In this document: positions 45,953 through 56,384 of the stretch, piece by piece
Layout: each line of letters begins with the position of its first letter
How positions within the stretch are numbered: the first letter of the stretch is position 1
DNA from: a virus
Taxonomy: Duplodnaviria > Caudoviricetes
Strand: one strand, 5' to 3'
DNA length: 64,000 bases
IMG/VR virus record: IMGVR_UViG_3300022917_000008
Span: 64,001-128,000 of that record
Made by a program: the position numbers and the translations under genes
The notes under the pieces: model-generated
Database searches by the model: none
The model's input: the letters and a program-made list of their open reading frames with translations, nothing else
What the model was told of the DNA's origin: nothing

Positions 45953-46568
45953 TGCAGATAGTCGTCTTACAAGGAAATTCATTTGGTCAATCATTGATAA
46001 GCATGCAAGATGGCTTATTAAGAGGGAAGCATCCAAGCTGAGGATCATGAAGTTGGACTATTTGTTCCAGACACTTAAGTGTGTTGATGTAATAGAGGTA
46101 CCAGCTGCAGATGAATGTTGTGGTATTAAGACTAAGTGCAAAGTGTGGAGAACAAGGGAGAAGATTCCAGACCTATACACAGATGAAGACGGTGTAATAC
46201 TTAAGGCAGTATATAGCATAGATGGTTCTGAGGAGTTTAGTCCTATCAAGTTACAAGAGTTGATGAGGAAACTAGAGAACCCACATACCAAGTATGACAA
46301 AGCAAGGTACTACTACTATCATAATGGCTACCTCTACTTCCCTATAAAGGGCATCAAGATGGTACAGGTCAAGGGGTTCTTTGTAGATGAGGTCATAAAT
46401 GAGTGCATGCCTGGTAGTGACAAGAGGAAGTGTGTAGCACATATGGATAAGAAGCTAAGGGTACCAGACTATGTACTGGGAGAATTGATGGACCATGCAC
46501 TTAATGATCTGATCAACACTAAGAAGATACCTGTAGACCCCAAAGTAAATAAGGAGGAGAATAGATAA
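45891..46568 (+). CDS. tail ring/tubular protein
   Basis: LFQTLKCVDVIEV...YYYHNGYLYF. Confidence 0.65.
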   Translation: MDIPVVGHLISQLMNQVRLTNADSRLTRKFIWSIIDKHARWLIKREASKLRIMKLDYLFQTLKCVDVIEVPAADECCGIKTKCKVWRTREKIPDLYTDEDGVILKAVYSIDGSEEFSPIKLQELMRKLENPHTKYDKARYYYYHNGYLYFPIKGIKMVQVKGFFVDEVINECMPGSDKRKCVAHMDKKLRVPDYVLGELMDHALNDLINTKKIPVDPKVNKEENR

Positions 46569-47140
46569 TGTCAGCAGTACTAAGGACAAGTGATGTTAGG
46601 TTTAATCTCAGTCAGAAGAGTAACCTTACCAGGAGCTGTATCTATAGGATAGTAGATATGGAGAATGGTAAGGTGTACATAGGTAAAGCTAAGAACCTTC
46701 TTAAGAGATATAATGATCATAAGCATGCCTTATACAAAGGAAGGCATCCAAATATTATACTACAGAGAGTGTTCGACAAGGGTAGAGAACTAAGGATGGA
46801 TGTAATAGAGTTTGTAGATGAGCCTCTTCTATTTGAGAAAGAGAAGTTCTACATAGATTCTCTACAAGCCCTGGATAGGAACTTCGGATATAACATGGCT
46901 AGGGAGGTAAGGGGTGGGCACTCTCCATCTAAAGTAGATGTATATGACAGGGAGTATAGGCTCGTAGAGACATTAGACTCAGTTCAGGAGGCTAAATCCA
47001 AGTATTCCACAAGTGTTAGTCAGATACTAAGGAAGACTCCTGGATACAGATTCACAATGGAAGGATTTACTTTTGCTTACCATGGGGAAGAGGTTGACAA
47101 AACCCCATACAAACATAAATGGAGGAGGATACATGGCTAA
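46568..47140 (+). CDS. GIY-YIG homing endonuclease with NUMOD1-like tail
   Basis: CIYRI...KVYIGKA...R...H...E...FGYN. Confidence 0.9.
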   Translation: MSAVLRTSDVRFNLSQKSNLTRSCIYRIVDMENGKVYIGKAKNLLKRYNDHKHALYKGRHPNIILQRVFDKGRELRMDVIEFVDEPLLFEKEKFYIDSLQALDRNFGYNMAREVRGGHSPSKVDVYDREYRLVETLDSVQEAKSKYSTSVSQILRKTPGYRFTMEGFTFAYHGEEVDKTPYKHKWRRIHG

Positions 47141-48053
47141 TATTTCGTATATCACTTTGGACCAATTAATGGCCTCAGTTGAAAGTGATCTGGATTCCTT
47201 TGCAGATGAAGGTATGATCAACAGGGGTAAGGTCATCAAGGTGGTTAGAAGGGTTAATGAGGACTTAGGTCTAAAGATAAACAGGGAGAAGCAGGCCATT
47301 ATTGAGGTTAAGAACCACAAGGCTGATCTACCTGCAGACTTCATGTATCTGCAGTTAGCCTTCATGTGTGGTAGAAAAGTGGAGTACCATAGCAATGCAG
47401 GAGAGACACTAGGGAATCTAACTGAGGAATGGGATCATCCCAAAGGCATTAGCCCTGTGGTAGCTCTATGTGATCCACTAAGGGCAGGAGAGCAGGTCAA
47501 TGATTGTGGTGGACACTTCTATGTAACACAGAGATGGCAGGAGAAAATAGTACAGTACAATGATCCCAGGCCTATCAGATTAACAGCTGGGGCTCTCAAA
47601 CATTGTACAGATGAGTCTTGGCATCACTGGGGTACAAGAGGAGCAGCTGAATATGAGCTGGATATAGATGAAGGTACAATCACCACTACCTTTGAAGAAG
47701 GTACCTTATACCTCAACTATCTTAGTGACATGGTGGATGATGACAACAATGTACTAATCCTTGATCATCCTCTACTAACAGAGTATTATGAGTATGCAGT
47801 GAAGAAGCATCTGCTGGAGAACTGGTTACTCAATAGTAATGCAGATGTAGCTCAAAGGTTAGGATATGTTAAGCAGGAGCTAAGGGATGCAAGGCTCACA
47901 GCACTAAACTTTGTGAACACAATTGAATATAGTCAGATAAGGGATTTCTACAGACAGAATAGGTTGCAGTTTGCTAAGAAGTACTACAGGATGTTTAGCG
48001 ACTACAATGATTCTCATGGCAGATATCCCACCTATCCATCAGCTTATGCCTAA
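47133..48053 (+). CDS. tail ring/tubular protein
   Basis: ADLPADF...TTFEEGTLYLNY...LILDHP. Confidence 0.65.
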   Translation: MANISYITLDQLMASVESDLDSFADEGMINRGKVIKVVRRVNEDLGLKINREKQAIIEVKNHKADLPADFMYLQLAFMCGRKVEYHSNAGETLGNLTEEWDHPKGISPVVALCDPLRAGEQVNDCGGHFYVTQRWQEKIVQYNDPRPIRLTAGALKHCTDESWHHWGTRGAAEYELDIDEGTITTTFEEGTLYLNYLSDMVDDDNNVLILDHPLLTEYYEYAVKKHLLENWLLNSNADVAQRLGYVKQELRDARLTALNFVNTIEYSQIRDFYRQNRLQFAKKYYRMFSDYNDSHGRYPTYPSAYA

Positions 48054-48429
48054 GAGAGTAATAAAGAGAGGAGTTTTCACTGTTGATCTGTACAAAGTAG
48101 TCATAGAAGTGACTGTACTTGCTACAGCAAAGGATGTTTCATACAAGGCAAGACAACTGTTCAGGAAGTATGGATGGGACCCTAGTGAGGTTGCTAAAGA
48201 GTGTTATGGGTATGCTCTCAACTTCTCCCAGCATCCTGCTGATTTCTACATACTACTTACCACTGAGAATCTCACAGTGAACACAATCACACATGAGGTA
48301 GACCATGTAAGGCAACATATTATGAACTTCCTAAGTCTAACTGGGGAAGAAGAATCAGCAAACCTAAGTGGATATATCAATGAGAAAGTATTTGGCTTTC
48401 TTCAAAAGAACAACTTACAGATAACCTAA
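48046..48429 (+). CDS. small HExxH-motif protein
   Basis: TITHEVDH...EESANL. Confidence 0.55.
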   Translation: MPKRVIKRGVFTVDLYKVVIEVTVLATAKDVSYKARQLFRKYGWDPSEVAKECYGYALNFSQHPADFYILLTTENLTVNTITHEVDHVRQHIMNFLSLTGEEESANLSGYINEKVFGFLQKNNLQIT

Positions 48430-51400
48430 TGGCTGACAACTCACCACTGGATGTAAAGACTAATGTCCCCCAAAAGGGGCTGGTTACAGACCTACTGGAA
48501 AACACAGTTCCAGGGGAGCTGTGGACCTATGCTAGAAATGTAACCCTCAATAGCCAGATAGGGCAGATTGGATTCATGCAGAATGAACCTTCCAATATCC
48601 TGTGTGCTGAGGTGCCATATCCTCCTATAGGCTTCATAAGATTGCTTAGTGATAGATGGGCTGTATTTAGCACAGATGAGTCAAATAGTGAGATTGGGAT
48701 ATTTGATTCCAAGAACTGTTCTTACACTAAGCTGGTAAATGATTCTTGTTTGGGCTTCAGCAAGTTCTATCCCATTCAGGGCTCATCTAAGGAGCTATCT
48801 GATTGTACTGAGGCAATCTACTGGACAGACAAGAAGAACCCAAGAAGGTACCTCAAATTGGCTCAGGTGCCCTATAAATACACCTTGGACACTGATGCCT
48901 GCCAAACCAAGTTATTTACCAATGAATTGGATTGTGATGCTTTACTTATAGACAAGCATTTCTCCTTACCCCTAATTAACTCAACACTAGGGCCTGGAGG
49001 CAATCTGAAGAATGGTACCTACGAGTTTGCCATAGCCTATACCATAAACAGGGAGAGAGTAACTGATTTCTATGGAATGACAAACCCACAGCCAATCTGG
49101 TCTCACCAGAACTATGGGCAGTCTATTAACTTGAATATTGCAGGACTTGATACCCAGTTTGCTGAGTATCAGTTGATTGTAGCTTATGAAATTGATCTGG
49201 TGGTCAGATACAAATCACTGGGCTATTTCCCTATTGCTACAACTCAACACAATGTCTCAACCACAGACAGACCTGAATACACAGAACTGTCACTGGATGA
49301 AATAATAGTGAAGAGACCAAAGTATCCCTATGCAGATGGGGTTACAAGTAATGATCAATATCTACTATGGTATGGAATGACCAGTACTCCTGAGCTTAAC
49401 TACCAGTTGCAGGCAATGGGTATACTATCCAGATATGTGGTGTATCAGGCCCCAGCTGATTATTATGCTAAGGGTGGTAGCATAGTTGGTAATTGTAGGG
49501 ATGAGAATATGGCGTTTGGTATACAATGGCTACTACCAACAGGAGAATGGAGTTCTGCTTTCCATATACCTGGTCCCAAACCCAGTGCAAATGATCTTGG
49601 TTTAGCTAGTGGACCTAATGTCTATGAGGCTGATCTTGATCCAAAAGCAGTAGTGAGGAACTGGCAAGTAACCAATACTGCTGGTCCCTTAGTTAAGTCA
49701 AAGCTTAGTGATCCACAGGTGTTAGGAGAAGGTACAGTTGGTGTATACCTGAGTGCAGAAACATATCCAGATAACAGGACAATGTTTGGAGATGATGCAT
49801 GTACTCCCATAAGACACCATAGAATGCCTGACTCTACTAAGGTGCATATACATGCAAATAGTGGACAGTCCATCAACATCCTGGGAATGAGGTTCGAGAA
49901 CATTGAACACCCCAAGGATGCTCAAGGTAAGTACATTACAGGTATTACTGCATATAGGATTGTAAGAGCAGATAGAAGAGGCAACAAGACTGTAATTGCT
50001 AATGGACTAGTGAGTAATGTAAGAGCATACAATGAGACAAATAGGGAAGTGATGTATGCTAACTATGGTTACAATGACCTAAGAGCAGATAGCTTCCTTG
50101 GCACTAAGCAGGTTAGTAATGGAGACGGTGGGTATGTGCCTCTTACAAAGTACTACAACAGTAGGTTCAACTTCTATGGTCCACACACACAGTTCAATCA
50201 TATAGGCCTTGGTACTGAGATACAATTCTACACTGAGGAGATAGCACAGGTGGAAGGCTTCTTTGAGTATGCATATAGACATCCTAAAGCTAAACTGTTG
50301 ACACAGTTTGATATGTACTTTGCTCTGATCATAGGAGCACTAGATGGATATTATGCTGCTAGCGGAAAGAGAGGGGTAGTAACCACACATGTTAACAATT
50401 CACAGACTAGCATAGAACTGGGTACTGGGGTACTAACAAGTCCAAGTGGTCCTGTAACTGCAACACCAGGTTCTATTGCTGTAACCAATGCACAAACAAC
50501 CAGTGCAGTTAATGACGCACTACAGTTTGTGTCTGGTACAAGTGTAGGTGGAGGAGGTGTAGCAGGCACTGCTTCATCATTTGGTGAAAGAGTGATTAGA
50601 GCACTAGCAGAAGTAGGTGTGTTTGCATACTTTGCTTTACAGACTGCTAACAGGGTACTGGACATAATAAGTGAGGCTTCTCCTTACCAACAGTATGCAA
50701 TGCAGTACAATTCCCATGGGTTCTTCAATGACTATAGGAATGTACCTGTTGATAATAGAAGAAGATATCTTCCCTTCTACCAGTACTTGTATGATGGATT
50801 GAATACAGTGGAAGACCAGGTATTCAATAACTTCAAGAGGGAGAACTCAGTGTATCTGAGAATAGCTAAGGACATAGATGAACCAGTTACAATTGATGAC
50901 ACAAGAAAGACGCTGGTTGAGTTTGGACTTTGTAAGAATCCCCTAGCTCAGGTTAACTCTACTGCATCCATGTTCTATGTAGGGATAAAGAGAAACAATC
51001 CCAACCAGTATGGAGCTATAGATAGTGTGCAATACCTAGATACAGGGTACCTTGATACTACTCTACTCAACCAGGCTGCAGTAGGAAGTAAGGAGATGCA
51101 ATACGCAACTGGACCTGTGTTTGGAGGGGATACCTACATTAATAGGATGACTACAAGAAGGAGTCACCATTTCTTCTCCACATTCTTGCATGATGTAGCA
51201 GACACTTTCATAATAGACTACAGATTGTATAGGAATGTGGCTTATCCTAGGTACTGGATAAATAGCACTCCCTATGATATGAGTGAGTTTGTATCTCTGA
51301 ACCCTACTAAGTCCCACACACCAGCTTCACATCACAACTTGAACTGTGAAGGTAACAGTGGATTTGGTAGTATTACAGTAGTGAAGGATCAATTCTTCTA

Positions 51401-53066
51401 CCTATTCAATAGTGGAGTAATTGACTTCTTCTGTGAAAGTGATTACAACTTGGATTACAGGGACTGGACTACTGACTTCCCAACGTTCTACTCAAGGTTC
51501 AATAGTGATCTTAGTAGTATATTCAGGACAGACAGGATTGAACTAAGGGAAGAATACAAGTATGATCTTAGCTACTCCAAGTTATTGACAGAGAATTACA
51601 TAGTGCAGCAAAGGGTAGACTACAATCCAACCACTGATAGCACATGCTTCCAGTATGTAAAGAATAGAGTAGTATACTCCCTACCTGCATTTAAGGATCA
51701 AAGAGCAGACAATTGGTTGGTGTATCTTGCAGAGAACTATTGGGACTTCCCAATGACTGAGTTTGGTGCATTAACAGCTGTGCACCCAATAGACAATCAG
51801 CAACTGATGTTCCTGTTTGATAAGGCAGGACCTTATGTATCAATAGGTAGAGATGAATTACAGTTGGATGGAAGTGGTAAGAAGATAACATTGGGAGATG
51901 GAGGACTATTCTCAAGACCACCCAGACCCATAGCATTTAGTGATTACTACTATGCTAACTGCCAATCAAGATGGGCATTTGTTAACACACCATTTGGCTC
52001 ATACTATCCATCAGAAAGACAAGGGAACCTATTCAAGTATTTCCCAATAGCATACAGAAACCCAATAACAGAGGTAACAGCTGGGGTAATGGATTATTGG
52101 TTCAACCAGTACCTACCATCAAACCTGGAAGTGCAGTTCCCTAACTACAAACACTTGGACAAACCTTCACTAGGTACTGCAATAGTATCTGCATTTGATG
52201 GCTCATCTGGTGTGTATTATTTAACAAAGAGAGATTATAGACTAAAAGATGTTTATGTAGACAGAGTTACTTATGACCCCACTACAGACAGATTTAAAGT
52301 GGATGGGCATAATGGTCCAACACTTGGGGACCCTGAATACTTTGAAGATGCTTCATGGACTGTATCCTATGATGCCAGGTCAGGCCAATTCATTAGTTGG
52401 CATGACTGGCACCCAGAATGGATGCTGCAAACAGAGAAACACTTCATCACAGCAAAAGGGTTAGGCCTATGGAAACACAATGAGAACTGTACCAGTTTTT
52501 GTAATTTCTATGGGAGTGACTATCCTTTTGAGGTAGAGTTCGTGGTCAATAATGGTCAGAATGTGGAGATACTCAAGTCCATAGAGTACCAAATGGAAAT
52601 AGGCCAGTACTACTCTGATTGTAGGAACTTCCATACAGTACTGGATGACAACTTTGACTATCTAATAGTCTATAACACAGAGCAGTGTAGTGGTCTGCTG
52701 CACCTGAACTTACAGTCCAAGAAGGATATGGCTCAGTTACTAGGATATCCTTACTTCAATCCTGGATTACAGGGTATGGAAATCCTTTATGCAAAGGAAG
52801 AACAGAAGCACAGGATAAACATGTTTAGTGATCTGATCAATGATAGAGGAGAGTTTGATAAGAAGAACTTCCCTATCTGGCTAACAGATGCTAATGGCTA
52901 CACGAGAACAATGCCTCCAGTTACAATCAATTACTCTAAGCCTGTGCAATTACAGAAGAAGTTCAGAAGCACATGGCACAAGATATTCCTTAGTAAGAGT
53001 AAGAGTGGTAACAGGAAATACATATTCAAATTCCTAAATGGTAAGGAAAACTATTCACCAAGATAA
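48429..53066 (+). CDS. tail stabilization/muzzle protein
   Basis: 1545 aa; IYWTD, IRHHRMP, FGGDTYI, WTVSYD..FISWHDWHP motifs typical of the crAss muzzle protein. Confidence 0.8.
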   Translation: MADNSPLDVKTNVPQKGLVTDLLENTVPGELWTYARNVTLNSQIGQIGFMQNEPSNILCAEVPYPPIGFIRLLSDRWAVFSTDESNSEIGIFDSKNCSYTKLVNDSCLGFSKFYPIQGSSKELSDCTEAIYWTDKKNPRRYLKLAQVPYKYTLDTDACQTKLFTNELDCDALLIDKHFSLPLINSTLGPGGNLKNGTYEFAIAYTINRERVTDFYGMTNPQPIWSHQNYGQSINLNIAGLDTQFAEYQLIVAYEIDLVVRYKSLGYFPIATTQHNVSTTDRPEYTELSLDEIIVKRPKYPYADGVTSNDQYLLWYGMTSTPELNYQLQAMGILSRYVVYQAPADYYAKGGSIVGNCRDENMAFGIQWLLPTGEWSSAFHIPGPKPSANDLGLASGPNVYEADLDPKAVVRNWQVTNTAGPLVKSKLSDPQVLGEGTVGVYLSAETYPDNRTMFGDDACTPIRHHRMPDSTKVHIHANSGQSINILGMRFENIEHPKDAQGKYITGITAYRIVRADRRGNKTVIANGLVSNVRAYNETNREVMYANYGYNDLRADSFLGTKQVSNGDGGYVPLTKYYNSRFNFYGPHTQFNHIGLGTEIQFYTEEIAQVEGFFEYAYRHPKAKLLTQFDMYFALIIGALDGYYAASGKRGVVTTHVNNSQTSIELGTGVLTSPSGPVTATPGSIAVTNAQTTSAVNDALQFVSGTSVGGGGVAGTASSFGERVIRALAEVGVFAYFALQTANRVLDIISEASPYQQYAMQYNSHGFFNDYRNVPVDNRRRYLPFYQYLYDGLNTVEDQVFNNFKRENSVYLRIAKDIDEPVTIDDTRKTLVEFGLCKNPLAQVNSTASMFYVGIKRNNPNQYGAIDSVQYLDTGYLDTTLLNQAAVGSKEMQYATGPVFGGDTYINRMTTRRSHHFFSTFLHDVADTFIIDYRLYRNVAYPRYWINSTPYDMSEFVSLNPTKSHTPASHHNLNCEGNSGFGSITVVKDQFFYLFNSGVIDFFCESDYNLDYRDWTTDFPTFYSRFNSDLSSIFRTDRIELREEYKYDLSYSKLLTENYIVQQRVDYNPTTDSTCFQYVKNRVVYSLPAFKDQRADNWLVYLAENYWDFPMTEFGALTAVHPIDNQQLMFLFDKAGPYVSIGRDELQLDGSGKKITLGDGGLFSRPPRPIAFSDYYYANCQSRWAFVNTPFGSYYPSERQGNLFKYFPIAYRNPITEVTAGVMDYWFNQYLPSNLEVQFPNYKHLDKPSLGTAIVSAFDGSSGVYYLTKRDYRLKDVYVDRVTYDPTTDRFKVDGHNGPTLGDPEYFEDASWTVSYDARSGQFISWHDWHPEWMLQTEKHFITAKGLGLWKHNENCTSFCNFYGSDYPFEVEFVVNNGQNVEILKSIEYQMEIGQYYSDCRNFHTVLDDNFDYLIVYNTEQCSGLLHLNLQSKKDMAQLLGYPYFNPGLQGMEILYAKEEQKHRINMFSDLINDRGEFDKKNFPIWLTDANGYTRTMPPVTINYSKPVQLQKKFRSTWHKIFLSKSKSGNRKYIFKFLNGKENYSPR

Positions 53067-53875
53067 TGAAACTCAAAGTAAAGGCCACAGGGGGTCCTAC
53101 AATAGGAACAGGCCAACAGATCAATTGGGATCATGCACTAGCATCCTATGTTGCACAGAACCTAGCTTCTGGACTGATCTCTAGGCTATCCCCTAATAGC
53201 CAGCAGAACACAGTGCAGGAGTTCAATAAGCAACAATACAATCCAATGAACTTCTTGCCCTACACTTCCAATGTGTCTCAACAAGCACAGTTTGGGTATA
53301 GAAGAGGAGGAGCAATAGGTGGATTGGGATACTGGCCACCTAAGAAGATGGAACAAGGTGGTGAGTTTGATATGACTGATGCTATGAGAAAGTGGATAAT
53401 GGATGATGCTGAGCAGACTCCACAGCCACAGGAACAGCAGATGCAGGCAGACCAACAGCAGATGGACCCTAGTATGTATGATGCCTTGCAATATGCACAA
53501 TTCTCCCAGATGATGGGTGGAGATGAGGATCAACAAGGACCTGTAACTGATGATGAACTGTACACCATACTGGGAGATGAGGCAGATGATGGTAGAATGG
53601 ATCAACTGAAGAAGGGTGGATGGATTCAATCTGCTAATGCCAGTATTAAAAGAAGAGGAACAAAGGGTGTATGCACAGGTAGTAAGTTTGGTGGACCTAG
53701 CTGTAGACCAGGTACAAGAAGATATGCCCTTGCTAAAACATTCAAGAAGATGGCTAGGAATAGGAAGAGGCATGAAATGGGTGGCCTTGTGAACTTCCAG
53801 GAAGGTGGTGAGTATGACCTTCAACCAGAACAAATTATAGGCCTTATAGGTCAGGGATATAACATAGAAGTATAA
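53066..53875 (+). CDS. virion cargo protein with repeated xxxGG motifs
   Basis: YRRGG, MEQGG, LKKGG, HEMGG, FQEGG. Confidence 0.6.
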   Translation: MKLKVKATGGPTIGTGQQINWDHALASYVAQNLASGLISRLSPNSQQNTVQEFNKQQYNPMNFLPYTSNVSQQAQFGYRRGGAIGGLGYWPPKKMEQGGEFDMTDAMRKWIMDDAEQTPQPQEQQMQADQQQMDPSMYDALQYAQFSQMMGGDEDQQGPVTDDELYTILGDEADDGRMDQLKKGGWIQSANASIKRRGTKGVCTGSKFGGPSCRPGTRRYALAKTFKKMARNRKRHEMGGLVNFQEGGEYDLQPEQIIGLIGQGYNIEV

Positions 53876-54282
53876 TGGACTTTAATCTAGTACAAGCAAA
53901 AAGACAAAAGGTTACACTAGGCCCTAGTGGACCCGCAGAGTTCTTTGGCAAACTTATGCAAATAAGGGACATTGCCCATCTAACTCACCTTAGGCAGCCT
54001 GATCTAAAGTATTCTACACACAAGGCTCTGAACACCTTGTATGATGAAGTGTTAGACCTAGTAGATACACTGATAGAATCTTGGCAAGGTATCCATGGGC
54101 TGGTAGATGTGGTTATACCAGAGTCAAGATATAGAGATGATCCAGCTACATGGGTACAAGAACTGTACTCTTATATAGCATCTAACAGGACACTATTCTC
54201 AGAAAGCTGGGTACAGAACCAATTAGATGAAGTAGCAACTCTACTAGCCCAAACATTATACAGACTAAAGTATGTACAATAA
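53875..54282 (+). CDS. ferritin/Dps-like protein (DUF5856-like)
   Basis: AHLTH...HKALNTLYD...DTLIESWQG...QNQLDE...TLYRL. Confidence 0.78.
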   Translation: MDFNLVQAKRQKVTLGPSGPAEFFGKLMQIRDIAHLTHLRQPDLKYSTHKALNTLYDEVLDLVDTLIESWQGIHGLVDVVIPESRYRDDPATWVQELYSYIASNRTLFSESWVQNQLDEVATLLAQTLYRLKYVQ

Positions 54283-56333
54283 TGAAAATCAAAGTAAATA
54301 AACTACCAAAGAAGGGATCAGGTGGGCCAATAAACAATATTGCCAACCCCATTCCATTCCCATCACTATTCAACATCAATCCTTTTGGGCTGATAAGTAC
54401 TAACAATACAAACACAAGTGATGATTCCATTACTACTACCCTTCGTCCTATTGATAGGGATCATGCTAATGTGGAGGCTGAGAAAGGGGAAATGCTAGTC
54501 AAAGGAGATATGACTGGTCTATACAAGATAGGAGGTAAGAAGCACTCAAGTGGTGGAACCCCTCTACATGTACAGCAAGGAGCATTCATATTCTCTGATG
54601 ATAAAGGGTTAGCCTTTACCAAAGATGAGAAGGATGTGTTTAACTTCAAGAAGGGTACCAGTGAATCTAAGAGGAATAATACTCCAGCTAAGGTACTGAA
54701 GAGGGAAGTTGATCCTGAACACTACAATAGGATGGTGACTATTATGCAGGACCCTAAGAGTAATGACATAGCAAAGCAAACAGCTGCTATAATGTTACAA
54801 AAGCATCAGCAAAAGATTGGTCAGGTTGCTCTTGTACAAGAGGCCAAAAAGACTAGAGCCACACTTCCTCCATTTGCTACAGGTCCTAGTGAACTATCTG
54901 TAGGACAGAGGGAAGCAGTAGAAGCTGGTGCAGAGAAGATGTATGCAGCTTTAGGTGGATTTGTACCACAGATGGATGAAGGAGGGTATCCTCCTGACAA
55001 GACTGGTAAATGGGCTGGTGACTTTAGGAGGAGCAAGAACCCAAAGAGTGGGCTTGTGTCTAACACTTGGAATGCAATGACTGATTTTGCTTCTCCACAA
55101 GACTATGCTAATGCAGTAGGATACACTGGTAAGCTAGATGCTAAGGACCCTAATAGTATTAAGGGTCTACAGCAGTGGGTAATGCAGAAATACCCTGATC
55201 TTGTTAACAAGTACCATGGACCTACACAATATGGCATGCCTGCTACAGGCTCACCAGATGATGGTAAGTTGGGTGTAAGGTGGAATGCTATTGGATTGGA
55301 TATACAGAGGCAGAGAGACCCTAATCCATCTCCTATCCAACCTATTGGACCAACTGGGGCCACACCTGCTAATCCCATCACAGCTGCTCCACTTGTATCC
55401 AAACCCACTACAGGTGGGAACATAGTCCAGGATCAATGGCAAGGCTACAAGTTTGGTATGAATGCACAGGAGAAGTTGACTACTGTAGCTCCATTCCTGG
55501 CTGCTCTTACACAGAAACCTTACTATGACATGTTGTTGCAAAGGAGTAGTCCTACAGTAAGACTAGATAGAATGGACCCTACGCAGGAAGTGGCTAATAT
55601 ACAACAGGCAACTTCAGTTACACAAAGGGAAGCAGGACAGAATCTGCCTGGTAGAATGGGTGTAGCAGTAGGTGCTAATGCACAGGCTAGGGCTACAAGT
55701 GCAATAGACAATGTGTTCCACCAGGTCAATGAAAGAAACCAACAGATTGGTAACCAGGAAACTGGTATCAACCTACAGAACAAGATGAGAGATCAGGACT
55801 TTAATCTGAGCCAGATTCAACAAACCTATAGGAACAATCTGCTAACCCAACAAAGAAGGGATGAACAGTTAGCCAATGGAGCTACTGCCTCATTGAACAA
55901 TGGTGTACAGATAGCTAACAGATTGGATGCTATGGGGCTTGCAGCTACACAAGCTGCTCTTCCTTATATGACAGGAGCTAAGGATGCTAATGGTAATCCC
56001 TTGTACTACACTGGAAATGATGGACAGATTCATCAGCAGATTGGTGTGCCTATTGGATTCAATGGTGACAGAAGGCCTCTGTTCAATCCTACATTTGGAG
56101 GACTGGAGAGTGTTGGTGTGCAACAGGCAGGGCAAAATGCTACAGGGAGAAGTCTTAATAACATGCTAATGACTCAGATAAATGAGGCTATGAATGATAG
56201 GAGTCCTGAAGGAACCAAGAGGTTATACACTCTACTACTAGGACTTGATAGAACTAACAAGCCTAACACTAAGGGAGATACTCCTCTGGAGAATATTATA
56301 CAAGCTGCAAGGTCTTCATACTATGGTCAGTAA
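54282..56333 (+). CDS. virion cargo/ejection protein
   Basis: ANVEAEKGE...GKKHSSGG...IFSD motif; Gln-rich helical C-terminus. Confidence 0.65.
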   Translation: MKIKVNKLPKKGSGGPINNIANPIPFPSLFNINPFGLISTNNTNTSDDSITTTLRPIDRDHANVEAEKGEMLVKGDMTGLYKIGGKKHSSGGTPLHVQQGAFIFSDDKGLAFTKDEKDVFNFKKGTSESKRNNTPAKVLKREVDPEHYNRMVTIMQDPKSNDIAKQTAAIMLQKHQQKIGQVALVQEAKKTRATLPPFATGPSELSVGQREAVEAGAEKMYAALGGFVPQMDEGGYPPDKTGKWAGDFRRSKNPKSGLVSNTWNAMTDFASPQDYANAVGYTGKLDAKDPNSIKGLQQWVMQKYPDLVNKYHGPTQYGMPATGSPDDGKLGVRWNAIGLDIQRQRDPNPSPIQPIGPTGATPANPITAAPLVSKPTTGGNIVQDQWQGYKFGMNAQEKLTTVAPFLAALTQKPYYDMLLQRSSPTVRLDRMDPTQEVANIQQATSVTQREAGQNLPGRMGVAVGANAQARATSAIDNVFHQVNERNQQIGNQETGINLQNKMRDQDFNLSQIQQTYRNNLLTQQRRDEQLANGATASLNNGVQIANRLDAMGLAATQAALPYMTGAKDANGNPLYYTGNDGQIHQQIGVPIGFNGDRRPLFNPTFGGLESVGVQQAGQNATGRSLNNMLMTQINEAMNDRSPEGTKRLYTLLLGLDRTNKPNTKGDTPLENIIQAARSSYYGQ

Positions 56334-56384
56334 ACCTAAAGTATTATTTTGCAGTAAAGAAGAACAGAACTAAATTGCAACCAA

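Noticed and set aside
46568-47140. Group I intron around the GIY-YIG gene
   Set aside because: Flanking genes look intact and abut or overlap the ORF, leaving no room for an intron core.
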